Source of the DNA: Akkermansia sp.
GTDB lineage: Bacteria > Verrucomicrobiota > Verrucomicrobiia > Verrucomicrobiales > Akkermansiaceae
Direction: 5' to 3'
Assembly: GCA_045592685.1 (NCBI GenBank)
Contig: JAZNVF010000086.1
Span: forward strand, 31,014 to 95,013
DNA: 64,000 nt
Part shown: one piece after another, positions 8,521 through 18,728 of the stretch
Position numbering within the stretch: the stretch's first letter is position 1
Layout: every line of letters begins with the position of its first letter
Program-made: the position numbers and the translations under genes
Notes under the pieces: generated by a model
Database searches by the model: none
Seen by the model: the letters and a program-made list of their open reading frames with translations, nothing else
What the model was told of the DNA's origin: nothing

Positions 8521-9342
8521 ATGGAAAGCGAACAAAACACCGTCACTCGCACCACAAGTTATTTTACCACGCTGCGTACCATCTACAGCCGTGAAATGCG
8601 AGGGTACCTCGGGGTACCCTTCGGCTGGGTGATTCTGGCTTGCACCATGGCGTTGCAGGGCTTTATACTGCAGGCTGTGCTGCAAGTGATGACCCACGCC
8701 ACGGGCAATGGGGTCATGTACCACATGCTCGACAACCTCAACTTCTGGTTCTATTTCATCTTCATTTTCCCGCTCATCACCATGCGCTGCCTGGCGGAGG
8801 AAGAGCGACTGGGAACACTCGAAGGCCTGCTTACCGCACCTGTTACCACAACACAGATAGTGCTGGGCAAGTACTTTGCCGCCTACACGTTTTACCTGAT
8901 GCTGTGGCTACCCATGTTGCTGTACCCCCTGGTGAGCGATATCGGCAACTATTACACAGAGCTTCGTTATGGAGTTCAGCCGGAGGGAGCAATTACCTAC
9001 ATGCTTGCGGACTGGATTGGCCCCTATGCCATACTTGCGCTTTCGGGTGCGTTCTTTGTGGCACTGGGCATATTGTGCTCAGCCATGACCCGCAGCCAGA
9101 TTATAGCTGCAATACTCTGTACCTGCCTGATGATTATGTATTACTTCATGGGGCGCGTTACGGAGCTCTGGGGCGAATTCCCCGCAGCACCTATTTTCCA
9201 CTATCTCTCCTGCACGGAACAAGTGAAAACCTTTGCCAGCGGAGTGATAGACACCCGCCCGCTTGTACTCTATATATCATTCGCCGTGTTTACACTGGCT
9301 CTCACTAAACGCGTGGTCGACCACCGCCGCTGGACCCGCTGA
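8521..9342 (+). CDS. ABC-2 family permease (GldF-like)
   Basis: 273 aa, 6 predicted TM, immediately downstream of the ATPase. Confidence 0.8.
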   Translation: MESEQNTVTRTTSYFTTLRTIYSREMRGYLGVPFGWVILACTMALQGFILQAVLQVMTHATGNGVMYHMLDNLNFWFYFIFIFPLITMRCLAEEERLGTLEGLLTAPVTTTQIVLGKYFAAYTFYLMLWLPMLLYPLVSDIGNYYTELRYGVQPEGAITYMLADWIGPYAILALSGAFFVALGILCSAMTRSQIIAAILCTCLMIMYYFMGRVTELWGEFPAAPIFHYLSCTEQVKTFASGVIDTRPLVLYISFAVFTLALTKRVVDHRRWTR

Positions 9343-9371
9343 GCTTAATACATCTGACCATCTGACCACTC

Positions 9372-10895
9372 ATGAGCAAGATTAAATTCACCGGACACCC
9401 CGACGCCCGCCGTCCCAAGGGTAATCCCCTGGCCTGGATCAACCTTCTGTTGCTCTCCATTATTGTGATTGCCTGCAACTATATAGGTTGCCGCGAATAC
9501 ACCAGAATCGACCTCTCCGAGCAAGAGAGCTACTCTATCTCTGAGCGCACGCTCAATGTGCTTTCCAGCGACCGCATACAGAAGAGAGAAACGCCTATTC
9601 ACATCATTTTTGCTTTCCAGCGCACTGCTACCGGTTACACGCGCATGTATTCTCTGCTCGAGGAGTATGTGCGCCACAGTAACGGTAAAGTTGTAGTGGA
9701 CTGTTTCGATCCTCTGCGAGAACCTAACCGAGCACGAGAAATCTCCCAGATTTACGGCGTGGAATTCGACCAGAACCTCTGCGTGATAGATGCACGCGCC
9801 AACCATACCGTGCCGCTCAAAACCTTCGAGGATAAAGAGAATGAGCGCAAACACGTGCGAATCCGCCCGGGGGCTTCGTTCATGAAATACGAGGTCTTGC
9901 CCGATGAAAGCAAACGAATTGTCGCCCTGATGATGGACGAAGTGCTCTGTTCTGCCATTACCGAAGCTGTAGAGGGTGACATGCGCCGCATGTATGTGGT
10001 TGAGGGCAAGGGCGGAGTTTCGCGCGATGACCAATCCCTGCTTGAAAATCTGGGGATGATAACCTCATCCCTCAACATCCAGCTCTCCTGGGTGAATCTC
10101 AGTGAAGTTGAGATGTTGCCGGCCAATGCAGAGGGCTTAATCATCATCTCCCCCCAGACAGATTTTACGGAGGATGAAATGCGCGTCGTTCGTGAGTTCT
10201 GGGACCGCGAGGGGCGAAATGCCGTATTCGTAGCACTTGACCCGACCAACACCAAACTCCCCATGCTGTATCGCTTCCTGCGTGAGCAGGGGGTACGCCC
10301 CGGCGCTGACCGTGTGCTGCTGCGCAATCGTAAACGCGCCTACTACAATATTTCTGCCGTTATGCCCAAGGGACTCCTGTGTACCAAAGCCTTCTGGAAC
10401 AACACGACACAGGTCGATGGTCAGTCCATGTCCCTTAAGCTGGAACATGGTGACGAAAATATGGCGGCATTCCGCAAATTGACTACTTACCCCCTGCTCA
10501 TGAGCACAGAAGATTACTATGGCGAAACCAGCCGCGACCTGGAACCATCATTTGACCCCAGAGAGGATTTTGAAGGACCGCTCTGTCTGCAGGCAGCCGT
10601 AACACGCGGCAGCAACAATGACCCCAACAATCTTTCCACCATGATTGTGACCGGTAATATCGATGTGCTTACTCGTGAAAATGCGCGCAAGGAACAGACC
10701 GATTACATGCGCTCGCTCTGGGCCTGGATGGTACACCGCCCCGAATATGCCGGTAAGAGCTCCAATCAGGACCTTACTTTCAAGATTGACCTCAACCGTC
10801 ACACACGCAGCGCCGTAGAGCATATTACCCTCATCATTATGCCCCTGTTGGCCCTGCTGGTTGCAATCGGTATCTGGAACACCCGCCGTCACTGA
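9372..10895 (+). CDS. GldG-like ABC transporter auxiliary protein
   Basis: 507 aa. An N-terminal TM is followed by RIDLSEQESYSISERTLNVL (family-typical R.DLT...Y.LS..T), and there is a C-terminal TM anchor. Confidence 0.75.
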   Translation: MSKIKFTGHPDARRPKGNPLAWINLLLLSIIVIACNYIGCREYTRIDLSEQESYSISERTLNVLSSDRIQKRETPIHIIFAFQRTATGYTRMYSLLEEYVRHSNGKVVVDCFDPLREPNRAREISQIYGVEFDQNLCVIDARANHTVPLKTFEDKENERKHVRIRPGASFMKYEVLPDESKRIVALMMDEVLCSAITEAVEGDMRRMYVVEGKGGVSRDDQSLLENLGMITSSLNIQLSWVNLSEVEMLPANAEGLIIISPQTDFTEDEMRVVREFWDREGRNAVFVALDPTNTKLPMLYRFLREQGVRPGADRVLLRNRKRAYYNISAVMPKGLLCTKAFWNNTTQVDGQSMSLKLEHGDENMAAFRKLTTYPLLMSTEDYYGETSRDLEPSFDPREDFEGPLCLQAAVTRGSNNDPNNLSTMIVTGNIDVLTRENARKEQTDYMRSLWAWMVHRPEYAGKSSNQDLTFKIDLNRHTRSAVEHITLIIMPLLALLVAIGIWNTRRH

Positions 10896-10908
10896 GCCTG
10901 ACTGAAAT

Positions 10909-13179
10909 ATGAGAATCATCTCCACAGTTTTATTGGCAATTGCCACTATACTCAGTGTGACAGCCGCTGTGTTTCTGACCATAGATGGCAATCTGGCGCG
11001 ATTGACCGGCTGGTACAGCTTCAAGCCCGGCATGCCCTTGTTTACCTCAGAAAACATCAGGCTTCTGCCCAATGTGAAATGGATGCGCATACGTGACCTG
11101 CACGACTCCATCGAATGCCGGAAAGCCGATGACGGCACCTGGTGGATAGTTGCACCATTCAACGATCGCCTGAACCCGGCTATTGCCGATACCGTGCTGA
11201 ACTTTACCGAGCATGCCCGCGTGGTCGATACCCTGCCCTACAACAAATCAACACGCAGCAGACTGCGTGAGTACGGGGTTCACTCCAACCCGCATACCAT
11301 TACCATCAAGGCGGCAGATGACAGCAGCTCAGACGGCCTTACAACCATTGCGCGTTATACCCTTGGCAGTGCTTCCCCCTGGCTTGCGGATGCTGGTGAT
11401 GGTAAAAGCGTGATGCCGACCACCTACCTGCGCACGGATTTTTACGGCAAAGACAAGCGAATTCACGTCGTAAGCGGTAATATCCTCAGTATCTTCAAAG
11501 ACGGTGTGCTTGCTCTGAGAGATCCCCGCCCCCTGCTTTTCCGGCCCGATAACCTGCTAGAAATGCGCATAACCACTCATGCTACTGAAGCTGAGCGCAC
11601 AGTAGTGCTGCGCCGGGCAAGTGCCGAGACGGAGTGGAATATCATTGCCCCGTGTGTCACACCGGCAGACCAGGATAAAGTGAATGCACTCGTGGCATCT
11701 TTTGTCTCTCTCTCTGCCATAAAGGTAGAAGATAACAGCATGCTTCAACCATCCGGCACCCCGGAACACACCATAGAGTTCATCTCTGATAATGGAGAAC
11801 CTGTAGAGCTGAAACTTTATTCGCCTTTCAGTTCCCCCGCAGATGGACAGAAGCTCTGCCATGCCACAGTAAACAACCGCCCTGTCGTTTTCACTCTTCA
11901 GGCAGAACCCAGAGTAAGCCGCAAGGGCAGCTACTCACGAATCGTCAACAGTATCTGCAATCTGCCCGTGCTTCCGGCTAAATCCATGGCTCAGATTAAG
12001 TCGAACGCCGGTGTGATTTATACTGCGGATTTACCGCTCGAACTGGAAAGTCTGCGCTCGCTTAAATTCTCTGACATAGTTGACCGCGATGTAGAGCGAG
12101 TGGTGCTTCGTGTGCATGACAACAATGACTCTGTCAAACTGTTGCTCATACCCGGCGACGCAGAAAGCGAGGTGAATGATATCTGGATGTATGCCGTAGG
12201 CAACACGCGATTTGCCAGAGCCGAGGAAGTAATTGTACGTCGTTTCATCAACGGCCTGAGCAGTATCCCCGTGCGAGGTGTTGAAGCTGACCTGCAACCG
12301 GGTGAAAACCCGAACGATTTTATCAAACGCTACGGTTTCGACAAGCCCTTCTACAGTCTCTACCTCCGCCCGAAGTCCTGTCTGTACCGCGCCACTATTT
12401 TCGGTGTGGATTTGCCCCTGGTGAAAGACCGCGACGCTCGAATCTTCTACGTAACCCGCTACCGCGACCCGCAAAGCGGAAAAACAAAATGGCTCGGCAT
12501 GGAGCGCAACGGCAATACCATTTACTGGCTCAGCACTCGTCTGACCCGTACTTTCTCCATGAGCCCCAATTACTGGAGGTCCAGAGATATTGTCAATTTC
12601 CCCATATCAGCACTTCGTAAACTCACGCTCGGTTACGCTCAGGCTCCCCTCGCTCTCAATTACGACTATATTGGCGAGAGCTGGAGCGGAACCCTTGCCG
12701 AAGAAGATGTCACGCCGCGTATCAACCCCCACCGTGCTCAGTACTACGTTCGCCAGTTGCAGAAGTTGAAGGTTTCCGAATGGCTGGATAAAGACGACGA
12801 ATATGCCCTCGAAAGCCTGAAATCCCCTGTATTCTCTGTGCGGATAGAGTTGGAAATGACTGATTATTCCGGCGCAGAGGCCGTGGTGATAGATTCCGCC
12901 GACCTCGACCACAACTCCCTCACCCCCGGTTTCGGTGATTCCCGCATGGATAAGGCGCAGGAGGCTCTCACGGAAAGTACCGCTACAGATGAAGCACTGA
13001 GAAACGCCGCTCTGCAGGAGCGTAAAACACAGGCGCTTACCATCACCATTGAAATTGCACCGTCGACGGAAAACTCCGACAAGCCTTTCTTCTATGGCCG
13101 TATAGTCGAAACCGGGGAGCTTTTTGTACTTCCCTTTGATGATGCACAGGGACTTGCCGGCAGTATTCTCGACATGTAA
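10909..13179 (+). CDS. Large membrane-anchored protein, DUF4340-like by context
   Basis: 756 aa with an N-terminal TM. Its position after a gldG-like gene is the usual place for DUF4340 proteins. The family assignment was not verified. Confidence 0.5.
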   Translation: MRIISTVLLAIATILSVTAAVFLTIDGNLARLTGWYSFKPGMPLFTSENIRLLPNVKWMRIRDLHDSIECRKADDGTWWIVAPFNDRLNPAIADTVLNFTEHARVVDTLPYNKSTRSRLREYGVHSNPHTITIKAADDSSSDGLTTIARYTLGSASPWLADAGDGKSVMPTTYLRTDFYGKDKRIHVVSGNILSIFKDGVLALRDPRPLLFRPDNLLEMRITTHATEAERTVVLRRASAETEWNIIAPCVTPADQDKVNALVASFVSLSAIKVEDNSMLQPSGTPEHTIEFISDNGEPVELKLYSPFSSPADGQKLCHATVNNRPVVFTLQAEPRVSRKGSYSRIVNSICNLPVLPAKSMAQIKSNAGVIYTADLPLELESLRSLKFSDIVDRDVERVVLRVHDNNDSVKLLLIPGDAESEVNDIWMYAVGNTRFARAEEVIVRRFINGLSSIPVRGVEADLQPGENPNDFIKRYGFDKPFYSLYLRPKSCLYRATIFGVDLPLVKDRDARIFYVTRYRDPQSGKTKWLGMERNGNTIYWLSTRLTRTFSMSPNYWRSRDIVNFPISALRKLTLGYAQAPLALNYDYIGESWSGTLAEEDVTPRINPHRAQYYVRQLQKLKVSEWLDKDDEYALESLKSPVFSVRIELEMTDYSGAEAVVIDSADLDHNSLTPGFGDSRMDKAQEALTESTATDEALRNAALQERKTQALTITIEIAPSTENSDKPFFYGRIVETGELFVLPFDDAQGLAGSILDM

Positions 13180-13203
13180 AATTACTATCATCAACATTCA
13201 GTT

Positions 13204-14052
13204 ATGTGGGTCTGGAAAAAAACAATATCGAAATCAAATGAGGAGGAATGGCAGCAACGCGTCGGTCAACTGCCGGGGGCTGTTTTTTCAGAAGCCTACC
13301 ATGCCGGGCGTCTTAATATCGAGGTTTATACGGAGACAGAGGAAGATTCTCTCGTATTGGCTGCATGTTACGGTGGCAAGACTGAAGTCGTGCAAACCGT
13401 AGACTGGGTGGCTGCCACCGCTCCTGAGAATACGCTCCCCCTGGTCATTCGTGATCGTCTGGTAATCTCCGCCAGTTCAGACCCGGACGTACTGGAACAA
13501 TTGCAGCAGAAATACCCCGGGCGCATTATCCTGGTTTTCCCCGCCGAACGTGCATTCGGCACAGGGAACCATGCCACAACCTCCACATGCCTGCGGATGT
13601 TGTGCGATGAAGTCAAGAACCGGGTCTCTCCCTGGACCCTGACAGACATAGGATGTGGTACCGGAGTATTGGCCCTGGCCGGTTTGCGACTGGGGGCTGA
13701 GCGAGCTCTCAGTTTCGACTTTGATCCGGTCGCTGTAGAAGTTGCCGCGCGCAACATAGAGCGCAACGGCGGGGCAGAAAATCTGACCCTGTTTCAGGCC
13801 GATGTATTTGAGTGGGCCCCTGCTCCCGGCGAACAGGCGGATATCGTGCTGGCTAACCTGTTTTCCACAGTATTGCAGAAGGCTTTTCCCCGCCTGATTG
13901 CAGCCATGAAGAGCGATGGAGTGCTGATTATTTCGGGTATACTGAATACCCAACAGGAAGAGACTCTGGCAGCAGCTCAGGCAGCAGGTCTGCAGGTGCT
14001 CAAAGTGGTCAGCCGAGGTAAATGGACTACAGCCAAACTCAGGCTCGCATGA
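13204..14052 (+). CDS. prmA: Ribosomal protein L11 methyltransferase
   Basis: Contains FGTGNHATTSTCL and DIGCGTGVLALAG followed by DFDPVAV. Confidence 0.85.
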   Translation: MWVWKKTISKSNEEEWQQRVGQLPGAVFSEAYHAGRLNIEVYTETEEDSLVLAACYGGKTEVVQTVDWVAATAPENTLPLVIRDRLVISASSDPDVLEQLQQKYPGRIILVFPAERAFGTGNHATTSTCLRMLCDEVKNRVSPWTLTDIGCGTGVLALAGLRLGAERALSFDFDPVAVEVAARNIERNGGAENLTLFQADVFEWAPAPGEQADIVLANLFSTVLQKAFPRLIAAMKSDGVLIISGILNTQQEETLAAAQAAGLQVLKVVSRGKWTTAKLRLA

Positions 14053-14678
14053 ACATACTGGCCATAGAATGCTCTCAGTCACAGGCCTCCCTCTGCCTTT
14101 ATCTTAATTCCGGGGTGGTCTACAGTACATGCTGGAAATCAGAGCGTAATCACGACTCCTTCCTTTTTCCCGCGCTGCAAACAGCTCTTGCAGAATTGGG
14201 TTCAGCCCACCTTGATATCCTGCTGGTCGGAGCCGGTCCGGGGAGCTATGGGGGGGTGCGTGTGGCGCTCGCTGCCGCAGTTGGCATTTCGACAGTGAAA
14301 GGTGCTCGCGTTGTATCCATCGATTCCTGGAGCTCACTTGCAGAGGATGGCGCCTGCATTATCTCCGATGCGCGGCGTGGTGGCTGGACTCTGCGCTACC
14401 CCGATGGCCGGATTGCGGTACTGAGTACCACAGAGCTACTGGCAGAACTGACACCTGATACCACTCTTTACACCATCGAATCGGAAGCCACTCTGGCAAA
14501 ACACGGCATTTCCGCCGCCCGTTATGATTTGGTGCCGACTGCGTGTGGTTTGGTGCGCTCCTGGCTGCACCTTACCCCGCAACAACAGAGCGACCTGGCG
14601 AACAAACCGGCAGAACCCATCTATGTGCGCCCGCCGCATATTACGGAGGCCAAGCGCAAACCCTGGGAAATTGCATGA
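14049..14678 (+). CDS. tsaB: tRNA t6A biosynthesis protein TsaB
   Basis: Starts MNILAIECSQSQASL and has GPGSYGGVRVALA. An ATGA overlap joins it to the prmA stop (14049-14052). Confidence 0.75.
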   Translation: MNILAIECSQSQASLCLYLNSGVVYSTCWKSERNHDSFLFPALQTALAELGSAHLDILLVGAGPGSYGGVRVALAAAVGISTVKGARVVSIDSWSSLAEDGACIISDARRGGWTLRYPDGRIAVLSTTELLAELTPDTTLYTIESEATLAKHGISAARYDLVPTACGLVRSWLHLTPQQQSDLANKPAEPIYVRPPHITEAKRKPWEIA

Positions 14679-14699
14679 TTCCCGACCTTCCCCAGAACC

Positions 14700-15056
14700 A
14701 TGAGTGATTCTTCCCCCTCCCCCATTGTGCACACCTGTCAGCGCTGCGGAGCCTGCTGCCGCTGGGAAGGCGATGTCTGCCTGACGGATGAGGATATAAC
14801 AGCGATTGCGGCTTATCTTCAAATGACCGAGGAGGCGTTTATCGAGCATTATTGCCGTCTGCAGCGCAACCGACGAGGGCTTTCGCTGATAGATGCAGAC
14901 AACGGCGATGGCCCCTGCTGCATGCTGACGCAGAATGGCTGCCGTATACAGCCCGTAAAACCCCAGCAATGCAGGGACTTCCCTCATAAGTGGAACTTCC
15001 CCGGGTGGGAGCAGCGCTGCCCCGGTGCCGGTAAAACGACAAGCCCCTATTCATGA
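14700..15056 (+). CDS. YkgJ-family CxxCxxCC cysteine-cluster protein
   Basis: 118 aa with CQRCGACC near the N-terminus and further Cys residues (PCCML, GC, QQC). Confidence 0.75.
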   Translation: MSDSSPSPIVHTCQRCGACCRWEGDVCLTDEDITAIAAYLQMTEEAFIEHYCRLQRNRRGLSLIDADNGDGPCCMLTQNGCRIQPVKPQQCRDFPHKWNFPGWEQRCPGAGKTTSPYS

Positions 15057-18000
15057 AAAAGCGCCTGATATCATTCTGGCTCCACTCGCGCCGCAGATTC
15101 ATGGCTTTTCGCGGGTTCCTGGCCAATGCCTTTTCTCGCGCGCCCCGCAGACTTGCCGCTCGCGATGAATCCCGCCGCAGTCACGCCGGGGTGGTGGTAG
15201 ACCTCTTTGCCTCCATCATGGTACGTGTAGATGGTATCTCCATCGAAGACATGGACACGACCATGGACATGCTGCGCTGTGATTTTCCGAATGTCGAGCA
15301 CAGCTGGCTGGCCTCGCGATTCCAGGCTGCATATACAGCGCGTTATTCTCTGAGCGACACCTTGCGCCTGGCTGCTGCTCAGCGCACGGAAGAGGAACGC
15401 GTTGCGCTTGCTCTGGAAATCCTCACCATGCTTTATCGAGTGGGGGGTGACCTGACCAATCCCACCCTCTTTGATCGCATTACCAACGGCCTTAACCTGC
15501 CCGGTTACGCTGCAGAGCTGGAAGAGTTAATAGCCACCCCCGGCAAAGAGGCTCCCGAACCGATTCAGAGCCTTTGTTTCTCACATGAACGAGGGTCAAA
15601 TGTCGTCACTCTGGCAAAAGAAGAGGGAGAAATCAGTTTCCGAGCCCTGAACTGTGTTCACGTGCTGCTCATTATCAACGATTCACGAAAGCCTTTCACC
15701 GTTGAAGGCCGAGTATTGCACCAGGGCGACATGCAGCTGCTTGCGCCCGGCCAAAATGTGGAGCTGAGCGAGTGGTCTCTGAGCTATGCCACCATTCGCG
15801 CCTTCATTCAAAACCGCTACAGCGGTGTGAGTTACGTGGGCTATCTCTATCGTGAAGATGACGAGGTCAGCATTACCCTGCATCGGCCCCGTAACCCGCT
15901 GGCCCGCGTGCGCTTCAGTCTGATGGTTGAGCTGGAAATCCTCAGCCGCGATGCTGACATCGTGATGGAAGATCAGCAACTGCAGATGGATGAGGTTATC
16001 CGCACCACCTACTATACCCCCTTCACTCTCATGGGGCTCGGCCCATATCGCTTTGCCGACCTGCATAATATCGAGAGCCCGGGGCGCAGCTACCAACTCG
16101 CGCCCGATGCTCGTAAACTACTCGTTACCAACCTACCCTATATCAACAGTGCCTCCGCACTCATGCTGACACCGGGGCTGGCATCAGCAGCGGTGTTCGA
16201 GGTCAGCTACTCCTGCACGGATAATACAGGAACGCTCAGAATCATTGAGGGTGGCGAGAGTCTCACGGTGAACGGCACCCCCGTAAAAGGCGACACTCCG
16301 CTCAAAGACGGTGATCTCATTTCCCTGAGTCTTATTCAGTCGCTGCGCTGCCGATTCTCTTCCGGAGTACTCGACGAGGAATCTGCCCTCATTTATTCTC
16401 TCTCCGTTCAGGGGCTCACAAGAGAGTTTGTGCGTGCCGGACGAGTTGTCGACAATATCGATTTCACACTCAGGCGTGGAGAGATGGCCTGTATCCTCGG
16501 CCCCAGCGGTTCGGGGAAAAGCACCCTGCTGAGCATGCTCGCCGGGCACCTTTCCTCCTCAATCGGCACCATTCATTACAACGGCGAGCTCATGACCCCG
16601 CAGGCCACAAACCTGCGCCGGCATGTTGCCTACATCCCCCGAGAGGACATATTGGATGAAGCAATGACCGTCGGCGAACATGTCTACCATGCTTCTATCG
16701 CCAGACGCCCCCGCCTGAGCGACTCTGACCGCAAACGTCGCGTGCTCTCCATCCTTAACTACATCGGGCTGGGCGCTTTGGCAAATCGCAGCGTCGGCCG
16801 AGCCGGAGAACGTACGATATCGGACGGCGAGCGAACCCGACTTAACCTTGGGCTTGACCTTACCGGCACGGCGGAGGTGTTCCTGATAGACGAACCCATC
16901 AGCGGGCTTTCATCGGGCGATGCCGAGCGAGTGATTGAAACGCTGGAGAATATGGCGGCTTCTCGCATATTAATCTGCACACTTCACCGCCCCGCTCAGG
17001 TGATACTTAATCGCTTTAAGAAGGTGATGGTTCTCAACGCCAACGGACAGATGGCCTTCTGGGGCTCGCCTGCTGAAATGGTGAACTACTTCCGCAAATC
17101 GGCACATGAGATGGGGCTGCACGTATCTCGCGAAGCCGTAATAGCCGGTGGAGCCGACTACGTGTTCGAGGTGCTGGAGGCACCCTATACACGTCTCGGT
17201 TATGAACAGCGACCGGCCCCGACAATGTGGCAGACTCGATTTGAGAGCTATTGCTACCGCCGAAACTCCGCCACGCCGAAACGGACTGCGAATGGAGATA
17301 CCGAGCAGCCCCCCGCAGAGCCTGAAGAGCCCGCGCCAGAGATGCGCGCCATACCGCGCGTACCTCGCAGGAGCCTGCTAGAGTACTGGCGCCTGTTCCT
17401 GCTGTGGATGAACCGCACATTTCTGGCAAGAGTTCGCAGTCGTATGGGGTTATACGCCGTTCTGCTCGAAGGTCCTGTACTGGCGCTGCTCATAGCCGGC
17501 ACACTGCGTGCGTCAAGTGAACCTCAGTATACATTCTATAAATCACTCCACATCAATGAATATCTGTTTCTCTCGCTTGTACTGGCGATGTTTTTCGGGC
17601 TGACAGACTCCGCCTGCGAGATATTGCGCGATCGCCCGCTGATACGGCGCGAGAGCAATTATAAGCTGTTCATACCCGGCTACCTATTGGCCAAGGTTTT
17701 GGTCCTTACCGGCATAGCTGCCGTGCAATGCGCTCTTTATCTACTGGTTAGCAATGCTATACTGGGAATTGAGCGCATGTTCTGGCAACACATGGGTGTA
17801 ATGGTACTCACGGCTTTCGTTGGGATATCGCTTTCACTGATGGTGTCTGCACTGGTACGTTCAGATCGCACGGCTCTCAACGTGGTTCCCCTGCTCCTGG
17901 TACCACAGATTTTGCTGGCCGGGGCCCTTGTGCGCTTTGAAGAGATGAATGAATTCAGCCCCAAGGTCCCTACCTTTCTCCCCGAAAAAATCGACAAAGC

Positions 18001-18649
18001 TCTTTCCAACCTGCGTCACCGCGTAGCTTATCAGGACGAAACAACCCACAATATTACCTCCAAACCGGTACCGTTCATTGCCGAATTCTGCCCGCTGCGC
18101 TATGCATTTGAAATGATGTTTGTCACTCAGGCTCACGGCAATTTGTGGGAGGTGGAAAGCGGTCGCATCAACGAGCGCCGTGAGTACCTGAAAGACAACG
18201 GCTCGCTTGAGGAACTGCGCTTTATTCAGCGTGCGGCTTTGTTGCTCAATTCACCTGCGGCAGATGCCGGAGAGGCCGGCGACATTCTTCGCCGTGTGCG
18301 AAAAGCTGCTATCTACCACGATGAAAGATTCCTGGAGGAACTGACCGTCACGCTCGAAGAACGCGAACCGCAGGAAACTGACCAGCCCGTTGAATTCTTC
18401 TTCGCCAATCGCAAGCTCCAGGTGATTAAGGAAGGTGTCAAAACCGCGCGAAAAGACGGCCGAAAAAACGAGCACCGTGGCTTCTTCCTCGCTCCGCGAC
18501 AGGCCCGCGCGTTCAGCGGGCTGGATCAGGAAACCGACCTGTACTCCGTCTCCACCATTGGTCGAAATGCCGTTTATCTGTTGATTATGGGGCTATGTCC
18601 CATATTTGTGGCAGCTATGCGGCTACGCTCAATTTGCCGAGGTGGCTGA
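15053..18649 (+). CDS. Multidomain ABCG-type (NBD-TMD) transporter with N-terminal TerB-like region and two FHA-like modules
   Basis: 1198 aa. Walker A GPSGSGKS (about 16498), signature variant ISDGERTR, Walker B FLIDEPISGLS, H-loop TLHRP. The ABC-2 TMD has 5 TM, then about 250 aa of soluble loop, then a last TM. FHA-like tails are FTVEGRVLHQGDMQLLAPGQNVEL and LTVNGTPVKGDTPLKDGDLISL. An ATGA overlap joins it to the ykgJ-like stop. Confidence 0.85.
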   Translation: MKKRLISFWLHSRRRFMAFRGFLANAFSRAPRRLAARDESRRSHAGVVVDLFASIMVRVDGISIEDMDTTMDMLRCDFPNVEHSWLASRFQAAYTARYSLSDTLRLAAAQRTEEERVALALEILTMLYRVGGDLTNPTLFDRITNGLNLPGYAAELEELIATPGKEAPEPIQSLCFSHERGSNVVTLAKEEGEISFRALNCVHVLLIINDSRKPFTVEGRVLHQGDMQLLAPGQNVELSEWSLSYATIRAFIQNRYSGVSYVGYLYREDDEVSITLHRPRNPLARVRFSLMVELEILSRDADIVMEDQQLQMDEVIRTTYYTPFTLMGLGPYRFADLHNIESPGRSYQLAPDARKLLVTNLPYINSASALMLTPGLASAAVFEVSYSCTDNTGTLRIIEGGESLTVNGTPVKGDTPLKDGDLISLSLIQSLRCRFSSGVLDEESALIYSLSVQGLTREFVRAGRVVDNIDFTLRRGEMACILGPSGSGKSTLLSMLAGHLSSSIGTIHYNGELMTPQATNLRRHVAYIPREDILDEAMTVGEHVYHASIARRPRLSDSDRKRRVLSILNYIGLGALANRSVGRAGERTISDGERTRLNLGLDLTGTAEVFLIDEPISGLSSGDAERVIETLENMAASRILICTLHRPAQVILNRFKKVMVLNANGQMAFWGSPAEMVNYFRKSAHEMGLHVSREAVIAGGADYVFEVLEAPYTRLGYEQRPAPTMWQTRFESYCYRRNSATPKRTANGDTEQPPAEPEEPAPEMRAIPRVPRRSLLEYWRLFLLWMNRTFLARVRSRMGLYAVLLEGPVLALLIAGTLRASSEPQYTFYKSLHINEYLFLSLVLAMFFGLTDSACEILRDRPLIRRESNYKLFIPGYLLAKVLVLTGIAAVQCALYLLVSNAILGIERMFWQHMGVMVLTAFVGISLSLMVSALVRSDRTALNVVPLLLVPQILLAGALVRFEEMNEFSPKVPTFLPEKIDKALSNLRHRVAYQDETTHNITSKPVPFIAEFCPLRYAFEMMFVTQAHGNLWEVESGRINERREYLKDNGSLEELRFIQRAALLLNSPAADAGEAGDILRRVRKAAIYHDERFLEELTVTLEEREPQETDQPVEFFFANRKLQVIKEGVKTARKDGRKNEHRGFFLAPRQARAFSGLDQETDLYSVSTIGRNAVYLLIMGLCPIFVAAMRLRSICRGG

Positions 18650-18700
18650 GCTACAGAAAAAATATAACACAGAAATGTCAGGCTCTGCTCAAAAAATAAG

Positions 18701-18728
18701 TTGATTTTTTTAAATCCGTAATTAAAAT
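18701..18728 (+). promoter_or_regulatory. Putative promoter of the MFP-RND operon
   Basis: TTGATT (18701-18706), N16, TAAAAT (18723-18728), N7, ATG at 18736, within an AT-rich 77-nt spacer. Confidence 0.4.
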
